From positions 8,451 through 72,450 of the forward strand of contig JAGQVE010000011.1 in NCBI GenBank assembly GCA_020438105.1: a stretch of 64,000 nucleotides of DNA, read 5' to 3'. How positions within the stretch are numbered: the stretch's first letter is position 1; the number at the start of each line of letters is the position of its first letter. Under the pieces are notes generated by a model. That model had not been told where the DNA came from. It made no database searches and was given only the letters and a program-made list of their open reading frames with translations. Source of the stretch: Bacteroidales bacterium. GTDB taxonomy: Bacteria; Bacteroidota; Bacteroidia; Bacteroidales; JAADJA01. The position numbers and the translations under genes were made by a program. This document shows, piece by piece, positions 36,849 to 45,603 of this stretch.

Positions 36849-39275
36849 ATGATTTATCCGAAGAATTTCGAAAATAAAATTGAATTTGATCAGATTCGCC
36901 TGAAACTGGCTGATTCCTGTTTAAGTGAACAGGGAAAACGCTATGCGGAGAAGATCAGATTTGTTTCGGATTTTGATCAACTAAAAAAATTGCTCGACCA
37001 AACTGAAGAATTCAGGCAATTGATTTTAGTGCAACCCAATTTCCCTTCACAGGATTATTTTGACCTTACTGATGAACTCAACCGGATTCAAATTCAAGGC
37101 AGTTATATTGAGTTGGAAAAATTATTCGACCTGAAATCGTCGCTGTCAACCATGCTGGATATTGTGACCTATTTCAATACACAGCATGCAACTAACTTTT
37201 ACAACATTAAAAGCCTTGCAGACCGCATTATTATTGACAAATCGATTCCTAAGAAAATTGAACAACTGATTGATGATAAAGGTGAGATTCAGGATAATGC
37301 ATCTTCTAAACTTGCGGAGATCAGAAAAAAAATCAAGAGTAAACTCAGCGCTGTCGATCGTAAAATCAATCAAACCCTAAAAGCTGCCAAACAAGCCGGC
37401 TGGGTGGCTTCCGATGCCGAGGTCACCATTCGCGATGGCCGGCCGGTAATTCCAATGCCTGCCACCCACAAGCGGAAAATCAAAGGTTTTGTACTTGATG
37501 AATCGGCTACGGGTCAAACAGTTTACCTGGAACCCGGTGAAGTATTGGAACTCAACAATGAAATCCGCGAATTGTATAATGCAGAAAGGCGTGAGATCAT
37601 TCAAATATTGAAAGATTTTAGTGATTTCATCAGGCCTCACATCCCTGAATTAACTGAAGGATACCGAACAGTTGGACTCATTGACTTTATCCGTGCAAAA
37701 TCAAAATTTGCCATTGCCATTCGTGCAGTTAAACCAAAATTGCATGATAAAACTCTCATCAACTGGCAGAGGGCAACGCATCCGCTCTTGTTTTTACACC
37801 ATGAAAAACTAGGTAAAAAGGTTATTCCTTTGAATATTCATTTAAATACAGATCAGCGAATCCTGGTGATTTCAGGCCCGAATGCCGGAGGTAAATCGGT
37901 ATGTCTGAAAACAGTTGCCCTGATTCAATATATGTTGCAGTGCGGTTTGCTCATCCCGGTGCAGCCCGACTCTGAGGCAGGGATTTTTACCAATATGTTC
38001 ATCGATATCGGTGATGAACAATCACTTGAAAACGATTTGAGCACTTATAGTTCGCACCTGCTCAATATGAAAAATTTTGTGTTGAACAGCGACGAACGAT
38101 CCATCTTTTTTATTGATGAATTTGGAACCGGAACCGAACCGCAACTTGGAGGTGCCATTGCAGAAGCTATACTGGAAAACCTTAATCAGAAAAATGTATA
38201 TGGTGTGATCACAACGCATTACGCCAATTTAAAAGTGCTGGCAAGGGAAGGAAACGGTATCATCAATGGAGCTATGCTTTTTGATGCTGAAAAGATCGAA
38301 CCTCTTTACGAATTGAAAATTGGTCAACCGGGCAGCAGTTTTGCCTTTGAGATTGCGAAAAAAATCGGTTTCCCAAAAAAAATCCTCAAACTGGCAGAAG
38401 AAAAAACCGGATCGCAGCAACTTGATTTTGAGCAACAGTTGCAACAACTTGACCTCAAAAAAAGGGAAATTCAAAAAAAAGAAGAAGAGCTGCGTTTGGC
38501 CGATTCATTCCTAAGTGAAATGATCGATAAGTATGAGAAATTATCCGGTGACCTGGAAACCAATAAATCAGAGATCATTGCCAAAGCCCGAAAAGAGGCA
38601 CTTGAGGTTATTGAATCGTCCAATAAATTGATCGAAAAAACCATAAAGGATATTCGTGAATCTCAGGCTGACAAATCAAAAACCAAAGAACTCCGGAAGA
38701 AGATCGAAGAGCAGGCCGAAGTCATTAAATCCAAAACAAAAGCAGAAAAACCGACTAAACTCAAAAAGCAGGTTCAAATTAAAAAGAGAGAAACCTCTGT
38801 AAAAACTGAAGCAATAAAGGTGGGCGATTTTGTGAGCCTCCCTGAGCAAAATATCAGCGGCGAGGTTGTATTAATTAAGGATGATGAAGTAGTCATTGTT
38901 TTCAATTCCATTACTTTTAAAACTCAACTATCCAAAGTTCAAAAAACAACCGGGCAGAAAATCAAGGCTGCCAAAAGACTAAGCAGCCGTTACTCATCTG
39001 TCACCAATGACATGAATGACAAACTGGCAAACTTCAAGCTAAAGCTTGATGTCCGTGGCAAACGCGGTGATGAAGCCATAGAGCTTGTTCGCCAGTATAT
39101 TGATGATGCTATTTTGCTCAATATCCGCGAAGTCAGTATCCTGCATGGGAAAGGTTTTGGTATACTTCGCAATATTATCCACGATTATCTCCGCAGTGTA
39201 CCTGAAATCAGGCAGTTCAAAGATGAGCATGTCGAACGGGGAGGACATGGAATCACATTAGTGATACTTAAGTGA
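36849..39275 (+). CDS. mutS2: Endonuclease MutS2 (MutS ATPase plus C-terminal Smr domain)
   Basis: 808 aa. Walker A ISGPNAGGKS, Walker B/DE region IFFIDEFGTGTEP. C-terminal Smr domain (LDVRGKRGDEA ... ILHGKGFGILR). Confidence 0.9.
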   Translation: MIYPKNFENKIEFDQIRLKLADSCLSEQGKRYAEKIRFVSDFDQLKKLLDQTEEFRQLILVQPNFPSQDYFDLTDELNRIQIQGSYIELEKLFDLKSSLSTMLDIVTYFNTQHATNFYNIKSLADRIIIDKSIPKKIEQLIDDKGEIQDNASSKLAEIRKKIKSKLSAVDRKINQTLKAAKQAGWVASDAEVTIRDGRPVIPMPATHKRKIKGFVLDESATGQTVYLEPGEVLELNNEIRELYNAERREIIQILKDFSDFIRPHIPELTEGYRTVGLIDFIRAKSKFAIAIRAVKPKLHDKTLINWQRATHPLLFLHHEKLGKKVIPLNIHLNTDQRILVISGPNAGGKSVCLKTVALIQYMLQCGLLIPVQPDSEAGIFTNMFIDIGDEQSLENDLSTYSSHLLNMKNFVLNSDERSIFFIDEFGTGTEPQLGGAIAEAILENLNQKNVYGVITTHYANLKVLAREGNGIINGAMLFDAEKIEPLYELKIGQPGSSFAFEIAKKIGFPKKILKLAEEKTGSQQLDFEQQLQQLDLKKREIQKKEEELRLADSFLSEMIDKYEKLSGDLETNKSEIIAKARKEALEVIESSNKLIEKTIKDIRESQADKSKTKELRKKIEEQAEVIKSKTKAEKPTKLKKQVQIKKRETSVKTEAIKVGDFVSLPEQNISGEVVLIKDDEVVIVFNSITFKTQLSKVQKTTGQKIKAAKRLSSRYSSVTNDMNDKLANFKLKLDVRGKRGDEAIELVRQYIDDAILLNIREVSILHGKGFGILRNIIHDYLRSVPEIRQFKDEHVERGGHGITLVILK

Positions 39276-39296
39276 TAAATTGGTATTAAAATTGAT

Positions 39297-39304
39297 TATC
39301 TTTG
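39297..39304 (+). promoter_or_regulatory. -7 promoter box (TATCTTTG)
   Basis: Exact TAnnTTTG match 26 nt upstream of the ATG at 39331. Supports the shorter thioredoxin start. Confidence 0.3.
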
Positions 39305-39330
39305 CCCGCAAATTTTCATGTAAGCAAACG

Positions 39331-39660
39331 ATGGTTGATACGTCTAAACCGATACATATAAATTACCCCAACTTCGACAAGGTGGTAAGTCAATCCCTCA
39401 TCCTGGTAGACTTTTGGGCTGAGTGGTGTGCCCCCTGCAAAACACAGGATCCTATTTTAGAGGAACTGGCAAAAGAGATGAGTGGAAAAGCACTCATTGG
39501 GAAAGTGAATGTGGATGACAACCGGACTTTAGCTACCCGTTTTGGGATCAGCAGCATTCCCACGCTTATTCTTTTTAAAAATGGAGAACGGGTGGAGCAT
39601 TTTGTTGGTTTGCAATCAAAAACAAGAATTTTACAAGCAATCGAAAAAAACTTAAAATAA
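39331..39660 (+). CDS. trxA: Thioredoxin
   Basis: LVDFWAEWCAPCK active site, 109 codons from the ATG at 39331. SSIPTLILFKNGE is a typical Trx motif. Confidence 0.85.
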   Translation: MVDTSKPIHINYPNFDKVVSQSLILVDFWAEWCAPCKTQDPILEELAKEMSGKALIGKVNVDDNRTLATRFGISSIPTLILFKNGERVEHFVGLQSKTRILQAIEKNLK

Positions 39661-39661
39661 A

Positions 39662-40096
39662 ATGATTCTATTGGAAGTTACGACAGGAAATATCATCGCC
39701 ATCCTTATTTCGGCCCTGGTGATTGGATATATATTTTTCAACTTTTTTGCCGTTCGGAAACGAATGAACAGGCCGCCATCCGAAAACATCAAAATACTTG
39801 ATGACAGGAATTTTGGGCAAGTTGTCGGCAAAGGTGTTTCACTGGTGGATTTTTGGGCTGAATGGTGTGGACCATGTAAAGTGCAGGGACCCATCGTGGA
39901 TGAACTCGCGGATGAAATGGGCGAAAAAGCAAATATTTGCAAACTGGATGTGGATAAAAACCAGAATACGGCTCGCAAATACGGCATTCAAAACATTCCG
40001 ACTATGTTAATCTTTAAAGATGGAAAACCGGTGGATAAACTTGTTGGCGTAAAACCCAAAGGAGCCATCTTAAAAGCAATGCAACCACACTTTTAA
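39662..40096 (+). CDS. Membrane-anchored thioredoxin
   Basis: N-terminal TM helix (IIAILISALVIGYIFFNFFAV), followed by LVDFWAEWCGPCK and NIPTMLIFKDGK. Confidence 0.8.
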   Translation: MILLEVTTGNIIAILISALVIGYIFFNFFAVRKRMNRPPSENIKILDDRNFGQVVGKGVSLVDFWAEWCGPCKVQGPIVDELADEMGEKANICKLDVDKNQNTARKYGIQNIPTMLIFKDGKPVDKLVGVKPKGAILKAMQPHF

Positions 40097-40105
40097 AACA
40101 GAAAA

Positions 40106-40378
40106 ATGGAAAATACAACTGATAAAAATAAATCCGGGATTTTCTCAAAAATACCAGTTATATCACTGATTGGATTGCTGGTTGGCGCCGCAGGTGGATA
40201 TCTCTATTATCATGAGGTCGGTTGCGTATCCGGCACTTGTGCAATCACTTCCAATCCGTGGATGAGTACCCTTTGGGGAGCGGCATTGGGTTACCTGATA
40301 TTTGATATGTTCCGCGGGAAAAAAATTAAAACGAGCTCCGATCATAACGCTGAGCAGAAGCCAGCGGATCTTGATTAA
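40106..40378 (+). CDS. Small membrane protein with CxxxxC motif (DUF6132-like from memory)
   Basis: Two TM helices flank GCVSGTCAITSNPW. Co-directional with the two thioredoxins, with a 9-nt gap. Its 3' end overlaps the convergent gene by 53 nt. Confidence 0.5.
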   Translation: MENTTDKNKSGIFSKIPVISLIGLLVGAAGGYLYYHEVGCVSGTCAITSNPWMSTLWGAALGYLIFDMFRGKKIKTSSDHNAEQKPADLD

Positions 40379-41216
40379 GCATGGTGGCCATCAGGTTGTA
40401 TAATTTTGGCAGATCGTTTTTGAATTTCTCAGGCCGTTCGAAAAAATTCTCAACCGCCACGGCAAAAAATTCGTGCTCATTATAAGTTGCATACTGCCTG
40501 AAGGTATGTTTGAGCTCAGCTTCTTTTAGTTTTCCTTTTGATATAATTAACCTGCGCCAGCGGTCGTAATTATCAATAAAAACATCGTCCATCGTCTCTT
40601 TAAAACGTTCAACAAAGAGGGCATGGCCAAATTCATGGTAGCCAAGATTTAGATTGTCATTTTGATCAGAAACTCCGAACAAAAAGTCCTTCCATGAAAA
40701 AACAACTACACCGGCCATGTTTGTTTCACCTTTAACAACGGCTTTAGAGAATCCGGAATAAAATTCTCCGGGATAGATCAAGATACTATGAAAGGAAGGG
40801 AAAAGATAATATTTTAATCCCCAGGTTAGGCGGATGGCTGTAGCGGCAATTAACACCTTCATTTCAAAGCTGACCTGTTGTCCGTCGCGCCCTTCAAAAT
40901 TTTTATCATAAACGAATTTGATGGTTCTTGCGGCAAATAATTTCTGCTGTTTTGGGGAGAACTTCCGGTAAAATTCAAAATTATCAGCTAAGAACCTGTA
41001 ACCAGAAGGCGGCATTTTTCTATTGGATCTGAATAAATTAAATGTAAAATCTGTGCTATTTTTATTTAACGTACGAGTATTATTAAGCCTTTTATTATAT
41101 TGGTTTTGCTTGAATAAGGTAATGCTAATGAAAATAACCACTACGGCTAGTATTACAGCTCCACCATCAAGGGTTTGGTTCAAAATGATTCCGAAAAGGC
41201 AATAGTGAATAATCAT
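40326..41216 (-). CDS. Zinc-dependent peptidase, MtfA/M90-like, with N-terminal TM helix
   Basis: HEFGHALF zinc motif in an MtfA-like context (GETNMAGVVVFSWKDF ... NLGYHEFGHA ... EFFAVAVENFFE). Confidence 0.65.
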   Translation of the reverse strand: MIIHYCLFGIILNQTLDGGAVILAVVVIFISITLFKQNQYNKRLNNTRTLNKNSTDFTFNLFRSNRKMPPSGYRFLADNFEFYRKFSPKQQKLFAARTIKFVYDKNFEGRDGQQVSFEMKVLIAATAIRLTWGLKYYLFPSFHSILIYPGEFYSGFSKAVVKGETNMAGVVVFSWKDFLFGVSDQNDNLNLGYHEFGHALFVERFKETMDDVFIDNYDRWRRLIISKGKLKEAELKHTFRQYATYNEHEFFAVAVENFFERPEKFKNDLPKLYNLMATMLNQDPLASAQRYDRSSF

Positions 41217-41217
41217 A

Positions 41218-41574
41218 TCATTTAATTTGATGAATTTCGGCCTTCATCCGTTTTGGCAGCGATTCAACCACGAGTTCATAAGAATGATCAATCCAACTTT
41301 GGAGCACTCCATCTTCTATTGAACCATATACTATCACCGTATTCCAGTGCTTTTTATTCATGTGATATCCCGGAATTACACCAGGGTAACGTTCACGAAG
41401 TTCAATTGCTTTTTCGGGATTACATTTCAAATTAATTCTAAAATCTTCATCCAATCCAGTTAAGGCAAACATTTTTCCCATCACTTTGAAAACCAGTGTA
41501 TCTTCTCCAAATGGAAATGATTCATCTACCCCTTTCAGGTTTAGGCAATAAGCCCTGAAATCCTCAATATTCAT
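41218..41574 (-). CDS. MmcQ/YjbR-family protein
   Basis: 118 aa. F.AYCL...G..E.FPFG.D.LVFKV.GKMFAL ... YHMNKKHWNTV is the family pattern. Confidence 0.7.
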   Translation of the reverse strand: MNIEDFRAYCLNLKGVDESFPFGEDTLVFKVMGKMFALTGLDEDFRINLKCNPEKAIELRERYPGVIPGYHMNKKHWNTVIVYGSIEDGVLQSWIDHSYELVVESLPKRMKAEIHQIK

Positions 41575-41763
41575 GGTTTTTCTACAAAACTATGATAAAA
41601 AGATGCAAGAACACCCGATGAAAATCAGAAATTGTATATTTGCCCGCCGGTTTTAGCGGCCAGGTTGATGAACATGTATATCTACTAAGCTTATTTTCAA
41701 CTTAATAAAGTTATTAAGCTTAATCTGTGGAAAATCAAAATTGCAATTCATCCAGAATTGGAT

Positions 41764-41771
41764 TACTTTTG
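41764..41771 (+). promoter_or_regulatory. -7 promoter box (TACTTTTG)
   Basis: Exact TAnnTTTG match, with TTG motifs ~20-25 nt upstream. Lies 112 nt before the ATG at 41884. Confidence 0.3.
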
Positions 41772-41883
41772 CAGGTAATTTGGGAAAATGTTCTTTACAG
41801 ATTTTTATTAATTCTCACAATAGCAAAGGGTAGAATTAATACTTTGGATCAAATCAATCAATTAGAAACAAAAAACTCTTAAT

Positions 41884-43431
41884 ATGGGCTTGAAGCGCAA
41901 AACAGCCGATCTTAAGAAAAGAATGCGTGAAGCGATAAGGGGGGGTGGATCTCAGGCTATCAAAAAGCAAAAAGCCATTGGCAAAAAAACTGCCAGGGAG
42001 CGTATTCTTTCAATACTTGATGCCAAATCATTCCACGAATATGATCTATTTGTAGAACACGCCGGAAGAGATTTCGATATGGATAAAAAATATCTTCCGG
42101 GAGATGGTGTAATTACAGGAACTGGAACCATTAGTGGCCATCCGGTGTGTATTTATGCCCAGGATTTTACAGTGGCCGGAGGTTCGTTGGGATGGATGCA
42201 TGCAAAAAAGATCACTAAAATCATGGATCACGCTATGAAACTGAAGATCCCTATTATCGGGATCAATGATTCTGGTGGAGCGCGTATTCAGGAAGGAGTG
42301 AATGCCCTTGCAGGTTATGGGGAAATATTTTACCGTAACACACAAGCCAGTGGAGTTATACCTCAGATTTCAGTAATTCTGGGGCCCTGTGCGGGAGGTG
42401 CGGTTTATTCGCCGGCCCTTACCGATTTCGTTTTCGTGGTGGATGGTGTTTCAAAGATGTTTATCACCGGTCCTGAAGTTATCAAAACGGTTCTGGGTGA
42501 AGAGATCAGCATGGAAGAGCTGGGAGGCGCCAGGGTCCATTCTGAAATTACAGGAAACTCACACTTTTATGCAGCTACTGAAGAAGAATGCTTCGATCAA
42601 ATTAAATCACTGATCAGTTACATTCCGTGGAATAATGAGAAAAAGGCTGCTACTTTCCCTAAAAAACCACCCAAAACAAAACAATTTAACCTGGATGAAA
42701 TTATTCCCACAGATCCCCGTCAACCATATGATGTAAGAGATGTGATCAGAGCAGTTTCGGATGATTCGGAATTTTTTGAAATACAGGAATTATTTGCAGC
42801 AAATATCGTAATCGGTTTTGCGAGAATATCTGGTCAAACGGTTGGCTTTGTAGCCAATCAGCCATTGGTTCTGGCAGGGGTGCTTGATGTAGATTCATCC
42901 GACAAAGCTGCCAGGTTTATCAGGTATTGTGATGCGTTTAATATTCCGATTGTAACCTTGGTTGACCTGCCGGGATACCTGCCGGGTATCGACCAGGAGC
43001 ATGCGGGAGTTATCCGTCATGGAGCCAAAATGTTATATGCCTATTCGGAGGCAACTGTTCCCAAAATAACTGTGATCATGCGGAAAGCCTATGGAGGTGG
43101 ATATATTGCCATGTGTTCGCACCATTTACGGGCAGATTTTGTGGCAGCATGGCCAACGGCTGAAATTGCAGTTATGGGTCCCGAAGGAGCCGCTAATATC
43201 ATTTTCAGAAATGAAATTAAGAATGCGGAAAACCCGGATGAAATGCGCAAGCAAAAGATTAAAGAATATAAGGAAAAATTTGCCAATCCATATGTAGCCG
43301 CCGCTTATGGCTATGTGGATGCTGTAGTTGAACCTTACGAAACGAGAAACTTCCTCATTCATTCACTCGAGATTTCGAGCCTGAAAGCCGAAAAGGGGCC
43401 GAATAAAAAACATGGAATTCCCCCATTCTAA
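41884..43431 (+). CDS. Acyl-CoA carboxylase carboxyltransferase subunit (propionyl-CoA carboxylase beta / methylmalonyl-CoA decarboxylase alpha type)
   Basis: 515 aa. DFTVAGGSLG, INDSGGARIQEG, GPCAGGAVYSPALTDF, AYGGGYIAM, and AAAYGYVDAVVEP are strongly conserved family motifs. Confidence 0.9.
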   Translation: MGLKRKTADLKKRMREAIRGGGSQAIKKQKAIGKKTARERILSILDAKSFHEYDLFVEHAGRDFDMDKKYLPGDGVITGTGTISGHPVCIYAQDFTVAGGSLGWMHAKKITKIMDHAMKLKIPIIGINDSGGARIQEGVNALAGYGEIFYRNTQASGVIPQISVILGPCAGGAVYSPALTDFVFVVDGVSKMFITGPEVIKTVLGEEISMEELGGARVHSEITGNSHFYAATEEECFDQIKSLISYIPWNNEKKAATFPKKPPKTKQFNLDEIIPTDPRQPYDVRDVIRAVSDDSEFFEIQELFAANIVIGFARISGQTVGFVANQPLVLAGVLDVDSSDKAARFIRYCDAFNIPIVTLVDLPGYLPGIDQEHAGVIRHGAKMLYAYSEATVPKITVIMRKAYGGGYIAMCSHHLRADFVAAWPTAEIAVMGPEGAANIIFRNEIKNAENPDEMRKQKIKEYKEKFANPYVAAAYGYVDAVVEPYETRNFLIHSLEISSLKAEKGPNKKHGIPPF

Positions 43432-43463
43432 AATGTGAGTAATAACTACTAAATTAACTTATT

Positions 43464-43832
43464 ATGTCGAACCAATCTAACTCCGTTATGTCAGAATCAA
43501 CTGATAAACAAGCCGCTAATAACAAGCCCTCCTATAAAACGCTGTTAATTGAAAATATAAAGTACAGGACTTTACTTACTGAAAAGTACAAACGTAAAAA
43601 GCCCTGGGAGAAAAAAAATGACAAGTTACTCACGGCTTTTATCCCAGGAACTGTTAAAGAAATATTTGTAAAAACAGGGAAAAAGGTAAAAGAGGGTGAA
43701 AAATTGCTTGTGCTTGAGGCGATGAAAATGGAGAATGACATATTATCACCCATCAACGGAACCATTAAAGCTATCAATATTAAAGCCGGCGACCGGGTAG
43801 CAAAAAACGAGTTAATAATCGAATTTGCATAA
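43464..43832 (+). CDS. Biotin carboxyl carrier / biotinyl-domain protein
   Basis: C-terminal biotinyl domain with the LVLEAMKMEN biotinylation motif. Confidence 0.8.
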   Translation: MSNQSNSVMSESTDKQAANNKPSYKTLLIENIKYRTLLTEKYKRKKPWEKKNDKLLTAFIPGTVKEIFVKTGKKVKEGEKLLVLEAMKMENDILSPINGTIKAINIKAGDRVAKNELIIEFA

Positions 43833-43855
43833 ATCTTCATCAGAATCCCGAATTC

Positions 43856-44362
43856 ATGAATAAACAATTTCTTGTTTTATTAATCTTTGTATTGGGATCA
43901 ATACCTGTAATTTCTCAAACTACTGAGCAGGTTGATTCCATGAATAATCCTCAAATGGTTGTTGGTAAGGTAAGCCGTGAAATGATCCAGCAAGGCGATT
44001 TTGGAAATCATTTTATAAATGAATATGCTACATACCAGCCCGATAGTGAAACCAATAATCAGCTTAAAAACAAAATTTACAATGTTTCTATTGTTATTGT
44101 AATGGCTACCTGGTGTTCGGATAGCCAAATGCAAGTGCCCCGGTTTTATAAAATTCTTGATCAACTCGATTACAATACAAATCAAATTGATCTGATTTGT
44201 GTTGACAGGCAAAAAACAGGAGGAACCACAGACATATCTTCGCTTGAAGTCGATTTCGTTCCCACTTTTATCTTTTACCGGAATGGCGATGAAATAGGAC
44301 GAATCATTGAGTCTCCTGAAATTAGCCTGGAAAAAGATGCCCTTCTCATACTTTCGAAGTAA
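43856..44362 (+). CDS. Exported thioredoxin-fold family protein (single-Cys WCSDS motif)
   Basis: Signal peptide. VMATWCSDSQMQVPRFYKIL and FVPTFIFYRNGDEIGR match the Trx-fold pattern. Confidence 0.6.
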   Translation: MNKQFLVLLIFVLGSIPVISQTTEQVDSMNNPQMVVGKVSREMIQQGDFGNHFINEYATYQPDSETNNQLKNKIYNVSIVIVMATWCSDSQMQVPRFYKILDQLDYNTNQIDLICVDRQKTGGTTDISSLEVDFVPTFIFYRNGDEIGRIIESPEISLEKDALLILSK

Positions 44363-44367
44363 TTTTG
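44360..44367 (+). promoter_or_regulatory. -7 promoter box (TAATTTTG)
   Basis: Exact TAnnTTTG match overlapping the upstream stop codon, 28 nt before the panC ATG. Confidence 0.3.
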
Positions 44368-44395
44368 CGTTTTAATTTGTTGAATACTCATTGCT

Positions 44396-45241
44396 ATGCA
44401 AACATTTAAAACTATACATGATCTGCGGAATTACCTTGATGATTTAAGAGCCAATGGAAAAAGCATAGGTTTCGTGCCTACAATGGGCGCCTTGCATGAA
44501 GGGCACCTCTCTTTGATCAGGGAAGCAAAAGAAGAAAACGATGTGGTAGTTTGCAGTATTTTCGTTAATCCCATTCAATTTAATAATTCAAGTGACCTGG
44601 AAAAATATCCACGAACCATTGAAACGGATATGCAATTGCTGATTCAGGAAGATTGTGATGTATTATTTTTCCCGGATGAAAAAGAGATGTACCCGGTACC
44701 ATCTACTGAGCAATATGATTTTGGCGACCTTGATAAAGTAATGGAAGGCGAACATCGGCCCGGACATTTTAACGGAGTGGCCGTTGTAGTTAAAAAGCTT
44801 TTTGAAATTGTTGAACCTCAAAGGGCTTATTTTGGATTAAAGGATTATCAGCAAATGGTAATCGTGCACAAACTTACCAAGGATTACAATATACCAGTTG
44901 AAATTGTCCCCTGTTCCATTGTAAGAGAGGAAAATGGCCTGGCCATGAGCTCGCGAAATGAGCGGCTTTCTTTAACTGAAAGGACACAGGCAGCATTGAT
45001 TTACCAAACCTTGAAGATGGTTAAAATCAAATCAGGTTTTGCAACCATTACCGAGGTTAAAGAATTTGTTGTAAAACAATTCAGAAAACAAAAAAACATG
45101 AAGCTCGAGTACTTCGAAATTGTTGATATGTACTCACTTCAACCACTGAGAACCTGGGCTCAAAGCACCACTGTTATTGCCTGTATAGCAGTTTGGGTTG
45201 GAAATGTCAGGCTGATCGATAATATCATTTTATTTTCATAA
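44396..45241 (+). CDS. panC: Pantoate--beta-alanine ligase
   Basis: VPTMGALHEGHLSLI, FVNPIQFN, RPGHFNGVAVVVKKLF, YFGLKDYQQ. Confidence 0.92.
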   Translation: MQTFKTIHDLRNYLDDLRANGKSIGFVPTMGALHEGHLSLIREAKEENDVVVCSIFVNPIQFNNSSDLEKYPRTIETDMQLLIQEDCDVLFFPDEKEMYPVPSTEQYDFGDLDKVMEGEHRPGHFNGVAVVVKKLFEIVEPQRAYFGLKDYQQMVIVHKLTKDYNIPVEIVPCSIVREENGLAMSSRNERLSLTERTQAALIYQTLKMVKIKSGFATITEVKEFVVKQFRKQKNMKLEYFEIVDMYSLQPLRTWAQSTTVIACIAVWVGNVRLIDNIILFS

Positions 45242-45253
45242 TTTTGCATTGCT

Positions 45254-45601
45254 ATGCACATTGAAGTTTTAAAGTCGAAAATACACCGCGCCACCATTAC
45301 CGAGTCCGATCTGAATTATATCGGAAGTATTGGTATTGACGAGGATTTAATGGACGCTGCCAACCTCATTGAAAATGAGCGTGTCCACATCTACAATATC
45401 ACCAATGGTGAACGGCTTGAAACCTATATTATTAAGGGAAAACGGGGTAGCGGCACAATTTCACTTAACGGAGCAGCAGCCCGCAAGGCAGCCATTGGCG
45501 ATAAGCTTATTATTGTATCCTATGCCTCCATGGATTTTGAAGAAGCCAAATCGCATAAACCCACCATTCTTTTCCCTGACGATCAAAACAAAATTAAATA
45601 A
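45254..45601 (+). CDS. panD: Aspartate 1-decarboxylase
   Basis: [31 protein letters not shown] carries the GS self-processing site. 115 aa. Confidence 0.92.
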   Translation: MHIEVLKSKIHRATITESDLNYIGSIGIDEDLMDAANLIENERVHIYNITNGERLETYIIKGKRGSGTISLNGAAARKAAIGDKLIIVSYASMDFEEAKSHKPTILFPDDQNKIK

Positions 45602-45603
45602 AC

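Noticed and set aside
39280-39330. Longer start for the first thioredoxin (126-aa ORF).
   Set aside because: The extension contains an exact -7 promoter box (39297-39304). The Met at 39331 gives a normal ~109-aa thioredoxin.
41635-41665. Second -7 box, a weak GCCG/CGGC hairpin and a 17-codon ORF upstream of the carboxyltransferase, considered as a leader peptide, attenuator or riboswitch.
   Set aside because: The hairpin is only 4 bp, the short ORF has no meaningful composition, and no known riboswitch motif is recognisable by eye.
45239-45246. Exact TAnnTTTG box overlapping the panC stop codon, 7 nt before panD.
   Set aside because: panC and panD are probably co-transcribed. The match may be coincidental in AT-rich sequence, so it is mentioned only under the leaderless-mRNA finding and not listed as a feature.
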